IMG/VR virus record: IMGVR_UViG_3300021255_000060
Span: 62,961 to 126,960 of that record
Length of the DNA stretch: 64,000 bases
Reading direction: 5' to 3' (one strand)
Origin: a virus
Taxonomy: Duplodnaviria > Heunggongvirae > Uroviricota > Caudoviricetes
The translations under genes and the position numbers were made by a program. Under the pieces are notes generated by a model. The model searched no databases, was not told the origin of the DNA, and worked only from the letters and a program-made list of their open reading frames with translations. Every line of letters begins with the position of its first letter. The first letter of the stretch is position 1. Shown in pieces: positions 1-11,863 of the stretch.

Positions 1-284
1 CTAATCTTAAAATAAGATGGAATAGACTGTGTTGATTTTAACTGAATCTTACAAGGTAATTTATCAGCCTTATCAATCAAATCTACTTTATTGTCATCCA
101 TCGATTTAGATTCACTACGTGAAGTTACAACTTCTGTAAATCCAAGCTCTCTTAGTTCTTTTGCTATCTTTGTTTCATAGGCATGTCCTTTTGTTCGAGA
201 ATATGATTTACTTCTCTTACGTTTAGGTTTCTCAATCTCTTCTACACTTGGAAGTTCTATTTCTTGTTTCTTACTTCTCGCCAT
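1..284 (-). CDS. Holliday-junction resolvase-like nuclease (archaeal Hjc / PD-(D/E)xK fold); 3' end outside the window
   Basis: Hand translation from the ATG at 284..282 gives MARSKKQEIELPSVEEIEKPKRKRSKSYSRTKGHAYETKIAKELRELGF..DLIDK...KIQLKS. This matches the Hjc pattern KGsA.E..i...L...GF.....S..DliA...iE.KS. Confidence 0.45.
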   Translation of the reverse strand, partial: MARSKKQEIELPSVEEIEKPKRKRSKSYSRTKGHAYETKIAKELRELGFTEVVTSRSESKSMDDNKVDLIDKADKLPCKIQLKSTQSIPSYFKI

Positions 285-1272
285 AGTACGATTTTACTTT
301 ATTTATTAATTCCAAAGTCTTTCTATAACCGAATGATTTTCGATAATCAGAAATATCCTTTGCATCTTTTGGATCTAATTTTATACATGTAACATCCGGA
401 AATTGTTTCCTTATTTTTCACATAGCAGACATTCCTGGTCTATCATTATCATATAATACCAATATCCGCTTAAATTTCTTTTTTATTTTTTCGTACTGAC
501 TTTCTGTTAAGAATAGATTTTCAGAACATGGAGCTATTGCAGGAATTCCAAATTCGTACAAACACATTACATCTTTTAATGATTTAGTGATTACAATGTA
601 TTCACCACCTTCTTTAGGAAGCATGTGTGCTCCTTGTATTTGTGTAGATTTTCAATTAGAAATAAATTTATATCTTTTCTGATTTGGAAAATAAATTCGT
701 CATTGTTCTATACCATCCTTTATACCACCATAATATCCAAATATAGGTTTATTGGTTATATTCTGATAAAATAGATTACAATTTAATCAAACTGAATCAA
801 CTGGATATACTTTAAACTTCTTTAAGGTAGATTTATTAATTCCATACCTCAATCATCAGTTCAATTCGTTTTGATTAAATTCTCTAGTTTGTATTTGAAT
901 TATGGCAGATTTATTCTCTTCAAATTTGATTCCGGAATATTCATATTTTGGTTTATTTTCTACTAAATCTGGTCTATGAATAATTCCGAAATCGTTTGCT
1001 ATTATTTGAAGAGACATATAATAGGAGACTCCGAATAGTTCTTGGACAAAACCAAAACAATCTAAACACGATCCATCTCCAAAATCTTTAAGCATCAAAC
1101 GTCCTCTTTTATTTTTATAAAATGCCACAGTTGGACGTTTGTCTGGTCTCAACTTAGAACAGAAGAGACCTTTTTGTACTTTTATACCATAATGCTCAAA
1201 GATCTGTTCTTCAGAGACCTTAGAAAGGATTAATTCCTTTGTTATGTTTAGTGGCTCCAGAGTAATCTCCAC
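271..1272 (-). CDS. DNA primase: N-terminal zinc-binding domain plus Toprim domain; at least two in-frame TGA codons (856-858, 418-420)
   Basis: ORFs 856..1272 and 418..624 share a frame (end coordinates 1272 and 624 are both 0 mod 3) and both stop at TGA. Cys/His-rich N-terminus FCSKLRPDKRP...GDGSCLDCFGF. Toprim-like IVITKSLKDVMCLYEFGIPAIA...LVLYDNDRPG. The frame runs on to TAA at 271-273. Confidence 0.6.
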
Positions 1273-1282
1273 TATATTTTAA

Positions 1283-1948
1283 TTAGAACGGAAGATCTGA
1301 ATCTTTATCGTCACTAATACCAAGAGCGTCACTTAGACCATCAAGAGTAGAATCACTCTGAGTAGCCATATTTGTCGGACGAGAGTTCTGAGCAGCTTCA
1401 ATTTTACGCTGTTCTGACTGAGAAAGAGTAAGATTGTGACCAATGAATCTGGTTGCAATTCCAAGAGCACCTACTTTATTAATACGAGCAGGAAAACCAG
1501 GAATGTCATTAAATCCAGTATTCTGAGGAACCAACTTAACTTCAACATCAGTACCAATTGCAGATGCTGTATATTTTGCAGCAAGCTTTACGATTGTGTC
1601 AAAATCACCACCAATCTTAGCAGTTCCATTATCAATTGCTTCACCAATCTTAGGATTTACTGCGTCAAAAATCTGACGAAGTGCAATCATAAAGTGCTCT
1701 ACAGGAGAAGGATTTAGACCAAACTGACTCTCAGTTCTTTCTGCACTTTTTGGTTCAAAGAAGTTGTGCGTAAATTCTCCATAACCATCGATATCAAGCT
1801 TAAGAGACATTACTTTATATGTACTTCCATCCTTTTGTGAAGTAATTTTTCCGAGTTCAAGACCATTAAACTTTGCGTTGTGAATTCCCGCTGTAAGCAT
1901 TTTTCCACCTTCTTTTACGCCGGTGGTAGCACTCATATCAAAATTCAT
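1283..1948 (-). CDS. putative ssDNA-binding / replication accessory protein with an SSB-type acidic C-terminal tip (..DKDSDLPF)
   Basis: Intact 221-aa ORF with a Gly-rich central part. Its last residues, DSDLPF, resemble the bacterial SSB C-terminal tip DDDIPF. Confidence 0.35.
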   Translation of the reverse strand: MNFDMSATTGVKEGGKMLTAGIHNAKFNGLELGKITSQKDGSTYKVMSLKLDIDGYGEFTHNFFEPKSAERTESQFGLNPSPVEHFMIALRQIFDAVNPKIGEAIDNGTAKIGGDFDTIVKLAAKYTASAIGTDVEVKLVPQNTGFNDIPGFPARINKVGALGIATRFIGHNLTLSQSEQRKIEAAQNSRPTNMATQSDSTLDGLSDALGISDDKDSDLPF

Positions 1949-1973
1949 ATAATACTATTTTTAAGTTATTTTA

Positions 1974-2513
1974 TTAAAATGGAAGATCATCTTCCACAGA
2001 GGCCATTAAGGTCTCAATCTCTTTATCTAATTCTTTTGAATCCAGATTGTCAAGATCTTGCTGTTCTTGAGTTAAATCTTCTGGAGTTTCAGTTGTAGGA
2101 ATTAATTTCCAAATACCTTCTTTATATGGTTCAAGTGTAAACAATGAGCCAAAGTCAAGAAGTGTTGTTCTTTTCTCTCCTCTAAAAGATACAGTACCTG
2201 ATTTTGTAAGTCTATTGCCGTCTAGTCTGTCAGTAAAAACTTCTGCTTTACCGATAACAGGACATGATTTTCCTACACCTTCAGATATATATTGAATAGA
2301 AATTCTATCATCTGCTACAGCATTTAGTTTTTCTAATGCTGATTTGGATAACTTCAATTTATTATCAAGAACCTCTAATTCAATGTTTGCATCTGGAACA
2401 GATACTGTTTTATCTACTGATTGAATTTTGACTTCAGAAATAGTTTTTCTCTCTTCGTCAAAAATAAAAGAAATTTTATACATTATGCTAAACTTGGATA
2501 AATTCTTTCCCAA
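1974..2513 (-). CDS. hypothetical protein, acidic C-terminus ending EDDLPF (second SSB-tip-like tail)
   Basis: 179-aa ORF. The C-terminus ...LMASVEDDLPF repeats the D-D-L-P-F tail motif. Confidence 0.35.
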   Translation of the reverse strand: MGKNLSKFSIMYKISFIFDEERKTISEVKIQSVDKTVSVPDANIELEVLDNKLKLSKSALEKLNAVADDRISIQYISEGVGKSCPVIGKAEVFTDRLDGNRLTKSGTVSFRGEKRTTLLDFGSLFTLEPYKEGIWKLIPTTETPEDLTQEQQDLDNLDSKELDKEIETLMASVEDDLPF

Positions 2514-3220
2514 TGAGATGTGAATGTTCCATCTTCATTACGTTCTGCAACAATTATGTCTTTGTTTGCTAAATGTTTGGGTCTAGCACCAGTGAGAACT
2601 TCTCCATCTTGACCAAAATTGATACATAGATTAGAATCTTCATCACGATGTACAAATCCAATTGCATCAGATCTAGCAGATAGAATTCTTTTCAGTTTAC
2701 CAGTTAGATCTAAATCTTTAACTGAACCATCCAATCCTTCGCTAAGCGATACATCTCTAACATGTCCACAAAGAATAATATTATCTGTTGCACTAGCAAT
2801 TAAATCAACAATAGATTCTACGGCTTGCCGAAGAAAAGTATATCCAGAACCATTCGGTAATCTTGTAACATCAGATACATCAGCATATCTATCTGAATAC
2901 ATTGGAGACCTTTTATACAAACTAATAGCTACAGGTTTTGCCATTTCTTCAACTGCTGTGATTGTATCTATTGTAATATATTTATATGGCTTACCTGCGT
3001 CTTTAATTGCTTTAATAGTTTCTTTTAAAGTAGATAAATTATCAATTTTTATTTTAAGTGCATCAACGTATGTTGTTCCGTCTTCAAAATCCAGTATCAG
3101 ATTGTTTTCAAGAGTACTTAAAATCGTAGTCTTTCCTACTTTAGGCAATCCAAATAATATCAAATACTTAGGATCCTGCGTTTCGGCAGGAACTTTTGTT
3201 TTAGGTAATTCAATAGCCAT
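2483..3220 (-). CDS. P-loop NTPase (phage AAA/RecA-like ATPase)
   Basis: Walker A motif FGLPKVGKTT near the N-terminus and a hydrophobic Walker-B-like strand IILCGHVRD. 245 aa. Confidence 0.5.
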   Translation of the reverse strand: MAIELPKTKVPAETQDPKYLILFGLPKVGKTTILSTLENNLILDFEDGTTYVDALKIKIDNLSTLKETIKAIKDAGKPYKYITIDTITAVEEMAKPVAISLYKRSPMYSDRYADVSDVTRLPNGSGYTFLRQAVESIVDLIASATDNIILCGHVRDVSLSEGLDGSVKDLDLTGKLKRILSARSDAIGFVHRDEDSNLCINFGQDGEVLTGARPKHLANKDIIVAERNEDGTFTSHWERIYPSLA

Positions 3221-3376
3221 TTAAAAATTAAATATTATAGGCTGTTTTTCTTCAACTTGTTTGGAAGTTGAAGTATCTTCTTTTAACGTTTCTTTTCTTA
3301 TTTTACAAGGGATATTTTCACGTTCATTATGAAAACGTGTATAATCCGTGATTTGATCTGGAGGTGGTAAAGCCAT

Positions 3377-4906
3377 TCACCATCCAACACTACCAAAAAA
3401 GTTAATATTTATTACTTGATCTGCAATTCCATATCGGTGTTTACTAATTATAATTGAACGATGGTCTCGACCCAATCCATTATCCCCAAGAATTCTATAT
3501 CCACGGTAAGTGGCGAGTTTTTCTCTAAATGGATAAAACAATTGTAATACGACATCTGAATCCTGAGCAACATTTCCAGTCTGTTTAATATCATTGATTC
3601 CAGGTTCTGAAAGATCTGCTTTTCTTCTATCCATAGAAGTAGAATCTCTATTTTGTTGCATTAACATAAATCAAGACATGTTCAATTTATTTTTTAGTGT
3701 CACCATATAAGAAGAACAGATATCTATTTCTTCTTTTACGGTTCTACCTTCAGATGGTTGTAATAACAAACCATGATCAATTACTCCAATTAATAATTGT
3801 TTTGAATTGTTCGGAACATAAAACTTTTTTCCATCTGATTCTTCCCATTTGCCAAATTTTTCTGCAAAAGATAAAGTCTCTTTGTATAGAACTTTACAAT
3901 TACACATTTTATCTACAACATGTAACGAATCAGATATGCTTGCTATTCATTTTCTTGCCGCTTTTAAACATTCATATGCATCATCATTTAATGGAGTCTG
4001 AAATGATAATATATCATCCAATGTTAGATATATTCCAAATTCTTCAGCACAATATAATCCCATTAATTTTGCCAATAAAACAGATTCCGGAATTTCCAAA
4101 CTAAACACTAAAAAATGAATATCATCTTTATCTGTTTTATTTTTAAGCATACTATACATTATAAATTGGAGCAGTGAACTCTTACCTGCAGAACTTTGTG
4201 CTGCAATGGTATAATAGCGAGATGGTTGGATTCCTCCAATCACTTTATCTAATTTTGGAATACCTGTTGATACTCCGATATTTTCACCACGACGACCCTT
4301 GTCTATTTGACTTCATAAAACTTCTAGACCTGTCATTTAAATGCTTTCATAAACATTAAACGTACTTTCCACTTGTCCTTCTTGTGGATGATCTTTAAGA
4401 TATTGTAAATCGTCCCATTTATGAGATAGTACAAATTCAGTAATCCCAAAGTTAATATGATTGTGTTCTTTAGCTCAATCCAATATTTCCATAATTTCTT
4501 TATGTTTTTCTGGATTATGCTTTATTGCTGAACTATAAGCAAAGAAAAATTCATCTAAAGAATCAAATTTCTTACTTATATTTTTAAGTGAGACCATTCT
4601 TCCATTTATTGTTAAATATGGAGGATAGTTATCAAATAATTCTTTCCCAAGTTGTCCTGAACACTTAATTCAGCCTTTAAGGAAATTTTTATTGAACTCA
4701 ATGTCGTCTGGTGAATATTTTTCTGGATTATAATCTTTATGAATAATCCCCTTCTCTTTTAAAGATTCAAATAAATTACGTAATTTAGACTGTCCACCAT
4801 TGCAAAGTCATTTTGCAATATACTCAGGATGTCCTTCTTCTTCTCTGGCTAGAAACGTTAAATATATCAAAAGAAGCTCATCTGCAGTCAAATTATACGT
4901 AATCAT
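3377..4906 (-). CDS. DnaB-like replicative helicase (RecA-like C-terminal domain) with about five in-frame TGA codons
   Basis: ORFs 3377..3667, 3671..3907 and 3947..4243 are all in one frame (ends 1 mod 3) and are separated only by TCA (TGA) triplets. IGGIQPSRYYTIAAQSSAGKSSLLQF matches the DnaB Walker A motif. NMS[W]FMLMQQNRDSTSMDRRKADLSEPGINDIKQ..DSDVVLQLFYP matches the DnaB ALSQLNR...SDLRESG..EQDAD block. Hand translation from the ATG at 4906 stays open except for TGA. Confidence 0.65.
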
Positions 4907-5012
4907 TAAATTTAAAATTGTATTTAATTCCAATTGTTGCTAAATTAATATGTCCAATTTAACAACATGCTCTAGACTGTGCATTTTGTGCATTTTAAGA
5001 GCTTGGTGCGAG

Positions 5013-6230
5013 TTAAAATCTAAATTCTAAGTTTTCTACATATTCTCTTTGTCTAGTTTCAATTCTTTCTCCAGCAAGTACTCTATCTAGTTGATCTTCA
5101 TTAATAGTAATCACTCTAGACGTCTTGCTATTAGCTAGTCAAGTTACTTCTTGTGTACCTTTTAATACAAGTGTAAATATTTCTGCAACTTTTCCTTCTT
5201 CGTACCGAATACTTCTACCAAGAACTTGTGTTTTTCTAATTTTAGATGAATTTGTATATAAAATGATTTCTGTATCAATGCCCGGAATATCCAATCCAGT
5301 TTCAGCAGCTTTTGATGTATGCATTACACCGCTAGTACAAGCATTAAATGCTTCTAAAGTTTCTTGATTTTTCTTCTTTGATTTTTTAGAATGCATTATA
5401 AATCCATCACCAAGTTCTTCTGCCATTTTTATTGTAGCAGAGAATGTTAGACACTTTCGATCTTTTCTTGCAGCAAGAATCTTCTTTGCAACTTCAATCT
5501 TTTTTGGATGATTGAGTATGAAATCTTTTCTTGCTTTCATTGTACGCATGAAGGTCATTGCCATTGCAGTTACTACCTTTGCTTCGTGTCTATTATTTTT
5601 AGCTCAAATATTTCTAGCACGAACATCAGTAGCAAGTCTCATAGCTAAATTAAAATCAAATCCAAAGAATGCAAATGCACTATTGAATTTTTTATTAATT
5701 TCTTTGTATTCTGTTAGATCTACATCTAACATAACAACATATTCTCTGTGTGGTGCAACTCAACCATTGGTTTCTGCTTCTTCAATAGTAATACGGTCAC
5801 AAATAGGTGCATACTTTTCTATAAGAAGATGCCGCATATCCAATCTTTCCATTGTTCCAGTTAAACAAAGAATAAATTTATACTGTACTACTTGAAATAC
5901 TTGTGAGAAAGTTTCTGCACCACACTGGTGTACTTCATCCACTATTAGAAGATCACAAGTCCAATCCAATTTAATTACACTATTAATGATTTCAACACGA
6001 GTATTTAATCCAAGTCCTCTAGCATCAATTTGTTCAATTCATTGATCTTTTAAGACCTGGGTTGGTACAACAACTAAGACTTGAGCAGTAGGATTTTTAG
6101 TAATAAAGGCATCTATAAGGTTTAATGCTACACGAGTTTTACCAAATCCGGTGCATGCAACAACTGAAGCACGACCACCGAATTCTAATCATCGTTTAAG
6201 ACACTCCTTTTGCCTTTGAGTTCTATCCAT
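5013..6230 (-). CDS. superfamily-2 DNA helicase (DEAD/DEAH-like)
   Basis: Motif I ACTGFGKTRVAL (hand translation of 6121-6180). Motif II LLIVDEVHQCG. Motif III LCLTGTMER. Motif VI TQVLGRSIRYEEGK. ORFs 5139..5564 and 5760..5969 are in one frame and are interrupted by TGA. Start ATG at 6230, true stop TAA at 5013-5015. Confidence 0.65.
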
Positions 6231-7148
6231 TTACCACGGGTTTTTCTTACAGTTCATACAGTCATAATCTGTACAATAATGACATGGCAAATCATCATCG
6301 TCATCATACTCTCGAGGACTATCGTCATATGCATCACTTCTCCAATCCCATCCTCCATAAGTTTGAGTTCTAGGAACATATTCAATCTTTATATCATATT
6401 GTTTATCTGTAGGAATTGTCAAAAGTAATTTTTCCATAAAATTTAGACAGTTCTGAAGTTCGGAAATTATAGTATATTCCTTGTCTGTATGTTCTTTATA
6501 ATAACCACAAGAAATATTAACTCCAGATATTTTTAATTCTTCTGCAAGAACACCTATATCTGTTCCTATACCAGGAGCTTCAGAATATCCAAATTCTGCC
6601 ATTACACCAGATGCTTCTTCCAACCATTTGTCTGATGCAGAATCAATTCCATTAGTAAATGTAATTAAATCTGATTTTCCATGTCTATCTGCTTGAATCA
6701 TATATGACACATTATACCAAAAATCTATATTTTCAGCAGCAGAATATGCACCATTATATCCAATTTCTTCTTCGGTAGTAAAACAAACTTTAAGATTTGG
6801 AATGCCTTTTAAAAGTTGAATTGCACAGCAGATACCATTAGCATCATCCATACCCAATCCAATTCTTTTATTTGTTTTAACGTCCTTACCAAAGATTTTA
6901 CCTTGCTGAATATCAACTTGTTTATTCTTATGTGGTAAAACACAATCAGTATGACAGACAACTGCTGGATAATATTCTGGATTTGAACTGTTTTTAGTAA
7001 TAAAAATGTTATTATAACTATCCATTTCAAAATCCAATCCACCTATTTTATAGCACTCATTTATTATAAATGAAAGCATAGGCCATTCTTGTTTTGATGG
7101 ATGATCAATAACAAGTAATCTTTTCAATAATCTTAAATCTAACTTCAT
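6231..7148 (-). CDS. M42/M20-family metallopeptidase-like protein
   Basis: Motifs AVVCHTDCV, GLGMDDANGICCAIQLL and TTEEEIGYNGAYSAA resemble the H.D / G.A.DDr.G / QEEvGlrGA signature of M42 aminopeptidases. 305 aa, ends at TAA. Confidence 0.45.
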   Translation of the reverse strand: MKLDLRLLKRLLVIDHPSKQEWPMLSFIINECYKIGGLDFEMDSYNNIFITKNSSNPEYYPAVVCHTDCVLPHKNKQVDIQQGKIFGKDVKTNKRIGLGMDDANGICCAIQLLKGIPNLKVCFTTEEEIGYNGAYSAAENIDFWYNVSYMIQADRHGKSDLITFTNGIDSASDKWLEEASGVMAEFGYSEAPGIGTDIGVLAEELKISGVNISCGYYKEHTDKEYTIISELQNCLNFMEKLLLTIPTDKQYDIKIEYVPRTQTYGGWDWRSDAYDDSPREYDDDDDLPCHYCTDYDCMNCKKNPW

Positions 7149-9025
7149 AGGGTTAGTTGTTTGGTGTCTAAGACATCAATAATTTTATAAACTTCGTGTA
7201 AATAATACTGATAATTTATTTTACGTTCATTTATTGACTTATCATCAAAAGTGTTATATAGTGTTACGCCAGAATCTGCACATAATGTAGTTGTACGAAT
7301 ACGTCGACCGTTTTCTAATTTAAATTTAATTAAATTTTTACCGTTTGTAGACATATAATATCTATTTATATGCCTTACAGGTTGACCACCATATTCTACA
7401 AAGAAATCCTTTGCAACCTTCTGATATGTACAGAAATCAAGTATATTTGTACAACTTTCAATTGTTTGTTCTGGATCAGTACCATCAATAAGATAAGCAT
7501 TAATTGCTTTTGGCACTATCATTGGAGCCATACCCTTTCCAAGAGATACTTTATCAATAAACAATCCTTTAGTCTTTATAAGTTTTGGATCGTGAGTTTC
7601 ACTTCATCCTTTTTTAATACCAAGATAATCGTTGATTGCGTATTGATAGAATCTTTCAAATTCTTCTCTTTCCAATTCCAATCCAGTTAAATTTTCCCAT
7701 CATTCTTTCACCTGATTAACTGCATCAATTTTATCTTTACTGACACTATACAATAGACCATCAGTATTAGATTGTACAATATGACCTCCTGCAAGCATTA
7801 TAGACTCTGCATACATCAGTAATAATAACTGACCATTGATTCTAATACGTAGTACAGCTTTAGGGTCATATACTCAAGAATAAGGTGATTGAAGGTTACC
7901 AGTTAAACCATTAATTGCTAACTTGTAGGTCTCATTCTTTAACTTATTACCATTGTGTTTTGCTTCAATTCGATCATCTCGAATTTTTTTATACACTTGT
8001 ACAAATTCAGGACCTAAGTGTTGAGGATATATACTATTCTGAATAATAATTGATGGATATAGTGAAGCCACATCGTCATCATATAGAACAATGCTATCAT
8101 CAGGCTCAAACGCTTCTGGTTTATTAACACTATGTAATCCTCCCATACCAAAAGTATGTTCCACTCCTCCTAGAAAGAATTTTCTTTCAAAGGAATTATC
8201 ATTTGGATCTGCACAATGCTGCTTAAGATCAGATAATAACTTTTGTAATTCTGGAGTTTTAAATTCTATATAATCAAATATTATATCGCCAAAACATAAT
8301 CAGTCACATGGACTACGAAGATCTTTTATATCTCTTCACTGTAATCCTGTTGTTTCAAGATATTTTGTCTTGATAATTTCCATACCAAGATTAACTCCAT
8401 CCTTATTTAATGCTGATATACCAAATTCTTCTTCAACCGCTAATCTAAGTTCAATGTCTTTAATTGATTTATTTAACAGTTCTTCGGTAGAATTTACATC
8501 ATTTGCATTATACTCAAGAATTGTTGGTATTTGAGAAGGCGATACTGGTTTTTCAAAATCACCTTCATATTCCTCAACATTTTTATATTGCATTGTAACT
8601 TGCATCTCTTTTAATCCAACTCTCAGCTTCTGAGAAAATCTCATAGCAAGTAAATCTAGACTTGGAAATAAATGAGCATATTTATATTTTGATCATGAGC
8701 TAAAATTATTATCTTTCGACATAATTATTTCATCACTTAAGTCTTTTATAAACCTTAAGATATCTTCTGCAGGTTTAGAAATAAGTGTTGTAAAGTTCAT
8801 AATCAAAGCATTTATGATAGGATCATCATAGTGCAGATTATTAAATCCGCACCATCAGATACTTTTATTTAAAAATAATTTAACAATCGCTGCTAAATCA
8901 TTTTGTCACATAGATATCTGAAAAGAACGTAAATTTTCAGATTCAGTATTTTTTACAGTAATTGTAAATAAATTGGGAAATACTTCAATATCATAAACAA
9001 ATACTGTTTTCCCTTTTATTAGCAT
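7139..9025 (-). CDS. family B DNA polymerase (compact, about 628 aa) with 3'-5' exonuclease motif; several in-frame TGA codons
   Basis: Hand translation from the ATG at 9025 gives MLIKGKTVFVYDIEVFPNLFT (Exo I D.E motif). ORFs 8336..8644, 7874..8164 and 7145..7564 are all in the same frame. YDDDVASLYPSIIIQNSI is motif A (D..SLYPS). KLAINGLTGNLQ is motif B (K...NS.YG-like). LCADSGV is the motif C region. The frame ends at TAG 7139-7141 after a TGA at 7145-7147. Confidence 0.65.
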
Positions 9026-9867
9026 TAATATTCTTTAGTTTTGAGTGTAAAACCTTTTTGTTCAGCTACCTTTTCCAGTTTATACTTTAAATCTTCCCAT
9101 TTATTTACATGATACTCTAAATCTTGATCCAATAGCAACAGTGCTTTATCTCTAAGAAGTTTTAATGTATCTGTAGGGAAACTTGAAAATTTAGGACGCC
9201 CTTCAATTTTTACTAAAGATCTAAACTCATAATATGATAGTCCAGTAGGAACAAATCTCAATTCTACATTTGGATTCAATAACAATCTTTCTTTGATAAC
9301 ATCTTTTCTGTTCCTCATTTTACCAGATTCATCGAATTCCGTTAGTTCTTTCTTTTCTGATTCTGTTAGCCAAATACCTAAAGATAAAATAAATTTATCT
9401 GAAATCAGTCTTCTATTAAACGCCTCAAGTGAGTCTAAACAAGCGGCAAGTAATTTATCAATTGTTACAGTTGTAAATACATCAGGCAATCCATTAAATA
9501 TTGTTACAACTGAATCAGAATTAAGTACTCCGTTTATTTGTTTCTGTGCATTTATAAAATCTAGTAAATCTCTACTAGTCTTAAGTGTATCTATATTACA
9601 ATCATGAAGAACATATCTATGTAGTAATTCAGCATTTGCATTGTCCCACATTTTTCTTATTTGGTCTTTCTTTCTATAAACTCCCGGATGATAGATATCT
9701 TTATTATAAAGCATATCTAATACATGTGTATATGCTTGCTGCAATAAAGCATAATTCATATCCATCATTCTAATTTCCGTCTTATTTGAGTTTACTCAAA
9801 TTCAACGATTAATATCGTTTTGTTTTGCATCAATTGCCTCTGTAAGTTTATAAGCTAAATCACTCAT
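9025..9867 (-). CDS. hypothetical protein immediately upstream of the PolB gene
   Basis: ORF 9025..9768 extends upstream through two TGA codons to the ATG at 9867 (MSDLAYKLTEAIDAKQNDINR W I W VNSNK...). Its stop overlaps the PolB start (TTAATG). Confidence 0.4.
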
Positions 9868-9870
9868 ATC

Positions 9871-10182
9871 TTAAAAATTAAATTCTTTTATTTCTAGTTT
9901 AGGTTGTTCCTTAATAAAATGCAGGAAATAACACACTGTATAATTATACGTTTCTCTATTTCCTGTAGAAGCCTGAAAATATTCATCTCCAGCATTTACG
10001 TATTCACATTCTACAAATCCAATATCATCTATCTCTGGATTGACACCACACCAATTTGGTGGTTTGGTTACTGTGAAATATCTTAATAAACTATTTTCTG
10101 GTTCATCTAAGTTTTTAAACACATATAATGTATATTGTCCAGGCTGTATTGCTACTACTTTTCCTTTGAAGGTTGTTCGCAT
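9871..10182 (-). CDS. hypothetical protein
   Basis: Intact 103-aa ORF. Confidence 0.3.
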   Translation of the reverse strand: MRTTFKGKVVAIQPGQYTLYVFKNLDEPENSLLRYFTVTKPPNWCGVNPEIDDIGFVECEYVNAGDEYFQASTGNRETYNYTVCYFLHFIKEQPKLEIKEFNF

Positions 10183-10661
10183 AGTTGTAGTATATCTGCA
10201 CCATGCTCTACTGCAGCAAGTGCTCTACAACAGATATGGTCTATTCCATCAAGTTTCTTGAGAAGATAATGAAACGCTTGCCAATTTTTATCGTTATATG
10301 CTTGTGTTATAATATCATTTAACTTCTCAATAAAAGTGTCTTCGTATTCAGCCATCTTTTTAAATGGCTCTATATCATCTTTAAAATCTATATTCAGTTT
10401 AGGAATTGTAAAAGCTGGAACATCTTCCATTTGATTGATTAGAAATCCAATCAAACAATGTTTTAATTCTTCACAATTCTTATATAGACATTTGAAGAAT
10501 TTCTTATAATTCATTTGTCCAGTACTATAAAAATAGAGTTTTGCCGAACTAATAAAACTAAGTTTATCTACTTCCATTTGTATAAGTTCAATAAACTTAT
10601 CGTATAGTTCTTTAGACATTCCCTCTTTTTCTACCGGTTGTTCGTTTTGTTTGAACTTCAT
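10155..10661 (-). CDS. hypothetical protein
   Basis: 168-aa ORF. Confidence 0.3.
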   Translation of the reverse strand: MKFKQNEQPVEKEGMSKELYDKFIELIQMEVDKLSFISSAKLYFYSTGQMNYKKFFKCLYKNCEELKHCLIGFLINQMEDVPAFTIPKLNIDFKDDIEPFKKMAEYEDTFIEKLNDIITQAYNDKNWQAFHYLLKKLDGIDHICCRALAAVEHGADILQLCEQPSKEK

Positions 10662-10790
10662 CGTCTAACTTAGTTAGTTTAAAGTATGAATTATTTTTAT
10701 TATAACTTGTTTCTGGTATGTATTTATCAGATTCAAATATTTTTGAATTTACAAGATGATAATAGTCTTCTTCTCAAGCAAATTGTTCAA

Positions 10791-11147
10791 TTAAGTACTG
10801 CATATTTCAATTGTGTACATACTTTTATGCAAATTTAAATTATATTCTGATTCTAAAAGATAGTACATATCTGAAGATATTTCAAACTCATGATCTCTAA
10901 CAGTAAATCTGATATCAAAATCATCGCTTGTAGTAAAATATCTATTTATATCGAATTCGTTTAGATAAATAGTATTTTCTTCAACAATACTAAATACTTC
11001 ATATAATTTAATTTCTATTTCCGAACAATTAAATAAGAAAAAATATTTCTCTATCTTGCTATTAAAGGAAATATCTAATGGACTATTATGATTGACATCT
11101 AAATACCAGTGTTGTCCAAGTCTTTTTGCTGTAAATTTATAGTTCAT
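10791..11147 (-). CDS. hypothetical protein
   Basis: 118-aa ORF. Confidence 0.3.
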   Translation of the reverse strand: MNYKFTAKRLGQHWYLDVNHNSPLDISFNSKIEKYFFLFNCSEIEIKLYEVFSIVEENTIYLNEFDINRYFTTSDDFDIRFTVRDHEFEISSDMYYLLESEYNLNLHKSMYTIEICST

Positions 11148-11159
11148 ACATCTCTTGGT

Positions 11160-11860
11160 AAATTAATACATCTTGCTGCAAAAGTACATCATTTATCTGC
11201 TTCTTCATTTCACTTGTTGCCAATATGTCCTTTTGTTCACTCAAATGTTACATTATGTACTTCAAGCAAATCAACTATTTGAAATCACAAATCTAAGTTT
11301 TTCTTTGAAAGATCATTTTCTTCAATTCATTTCTTTGCAGAACCACTCGTAACACTTCCTATTATATACATAGAATCTGATACAATTTTTAAATTAATGG
11401 GAGTTTTAAAATATTTTAATGTTTCGAGAACTCCCATTAATTCCATTCTATTATTTGTAGTATTTGTGAATCCTTGATATAATTTTGCAACAACGTTTTC
11501 ATTTGAATCTAGGATGATACTTGCTCATCCTCCTGCATTAATGCTGGATTGGTAAGAACCATCGGTGTATGCGATATAGTCAAAATTTGAGTTAGTAGTC
11601 ATTCTTGAATATAACAAAAAACTTCTTGATCTTCACGTAATATTCCAAGGTCTTCCATTAAATCAAATGTACCATGACCCAATTCATGAACTAGAATAGG
11701 AATTGTTATTGATTTTTCATCCCATCATATTCAGGAAGTAGTTCCTTGATGTAAGCAAATTGCATTTGTTTGATTAGGATTAAATGAAAAATCGCCATCG
11801 TATACATCGTGAAGATAATCTTGAACTTCATATGGAGGTCCAAGTACAACTCAAACATCT
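11160..11860 (-). CDS. putative HExxH zinc metallopeptidase-like protein (TGA-rich; boundaries approximate)
   Basis: No six-frame ORF of 60 aa or more is listed here on the minus strand. Hand translation of 11641-11700 gives PILVHELGHGTFDLMEDLGI (HELGH motif), so the gene is fragmented by in-frame TGA. Confidence 0.3.
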
Positions 11861-11863
11861 TGA

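Noticed and set aside
1436-4359. Plus-strand ORFs opposite the replication genes (1436..1717, 1880..2098, 2619..3224, 3697..4104, 4174..4359)
   Set aside because: They lie antisense to well-supported minus-strand genes with recognisable domains, have low-complexity Cys/Ile/Leu-rich compositions typical of AT-rich antisense frames, and lack start context.
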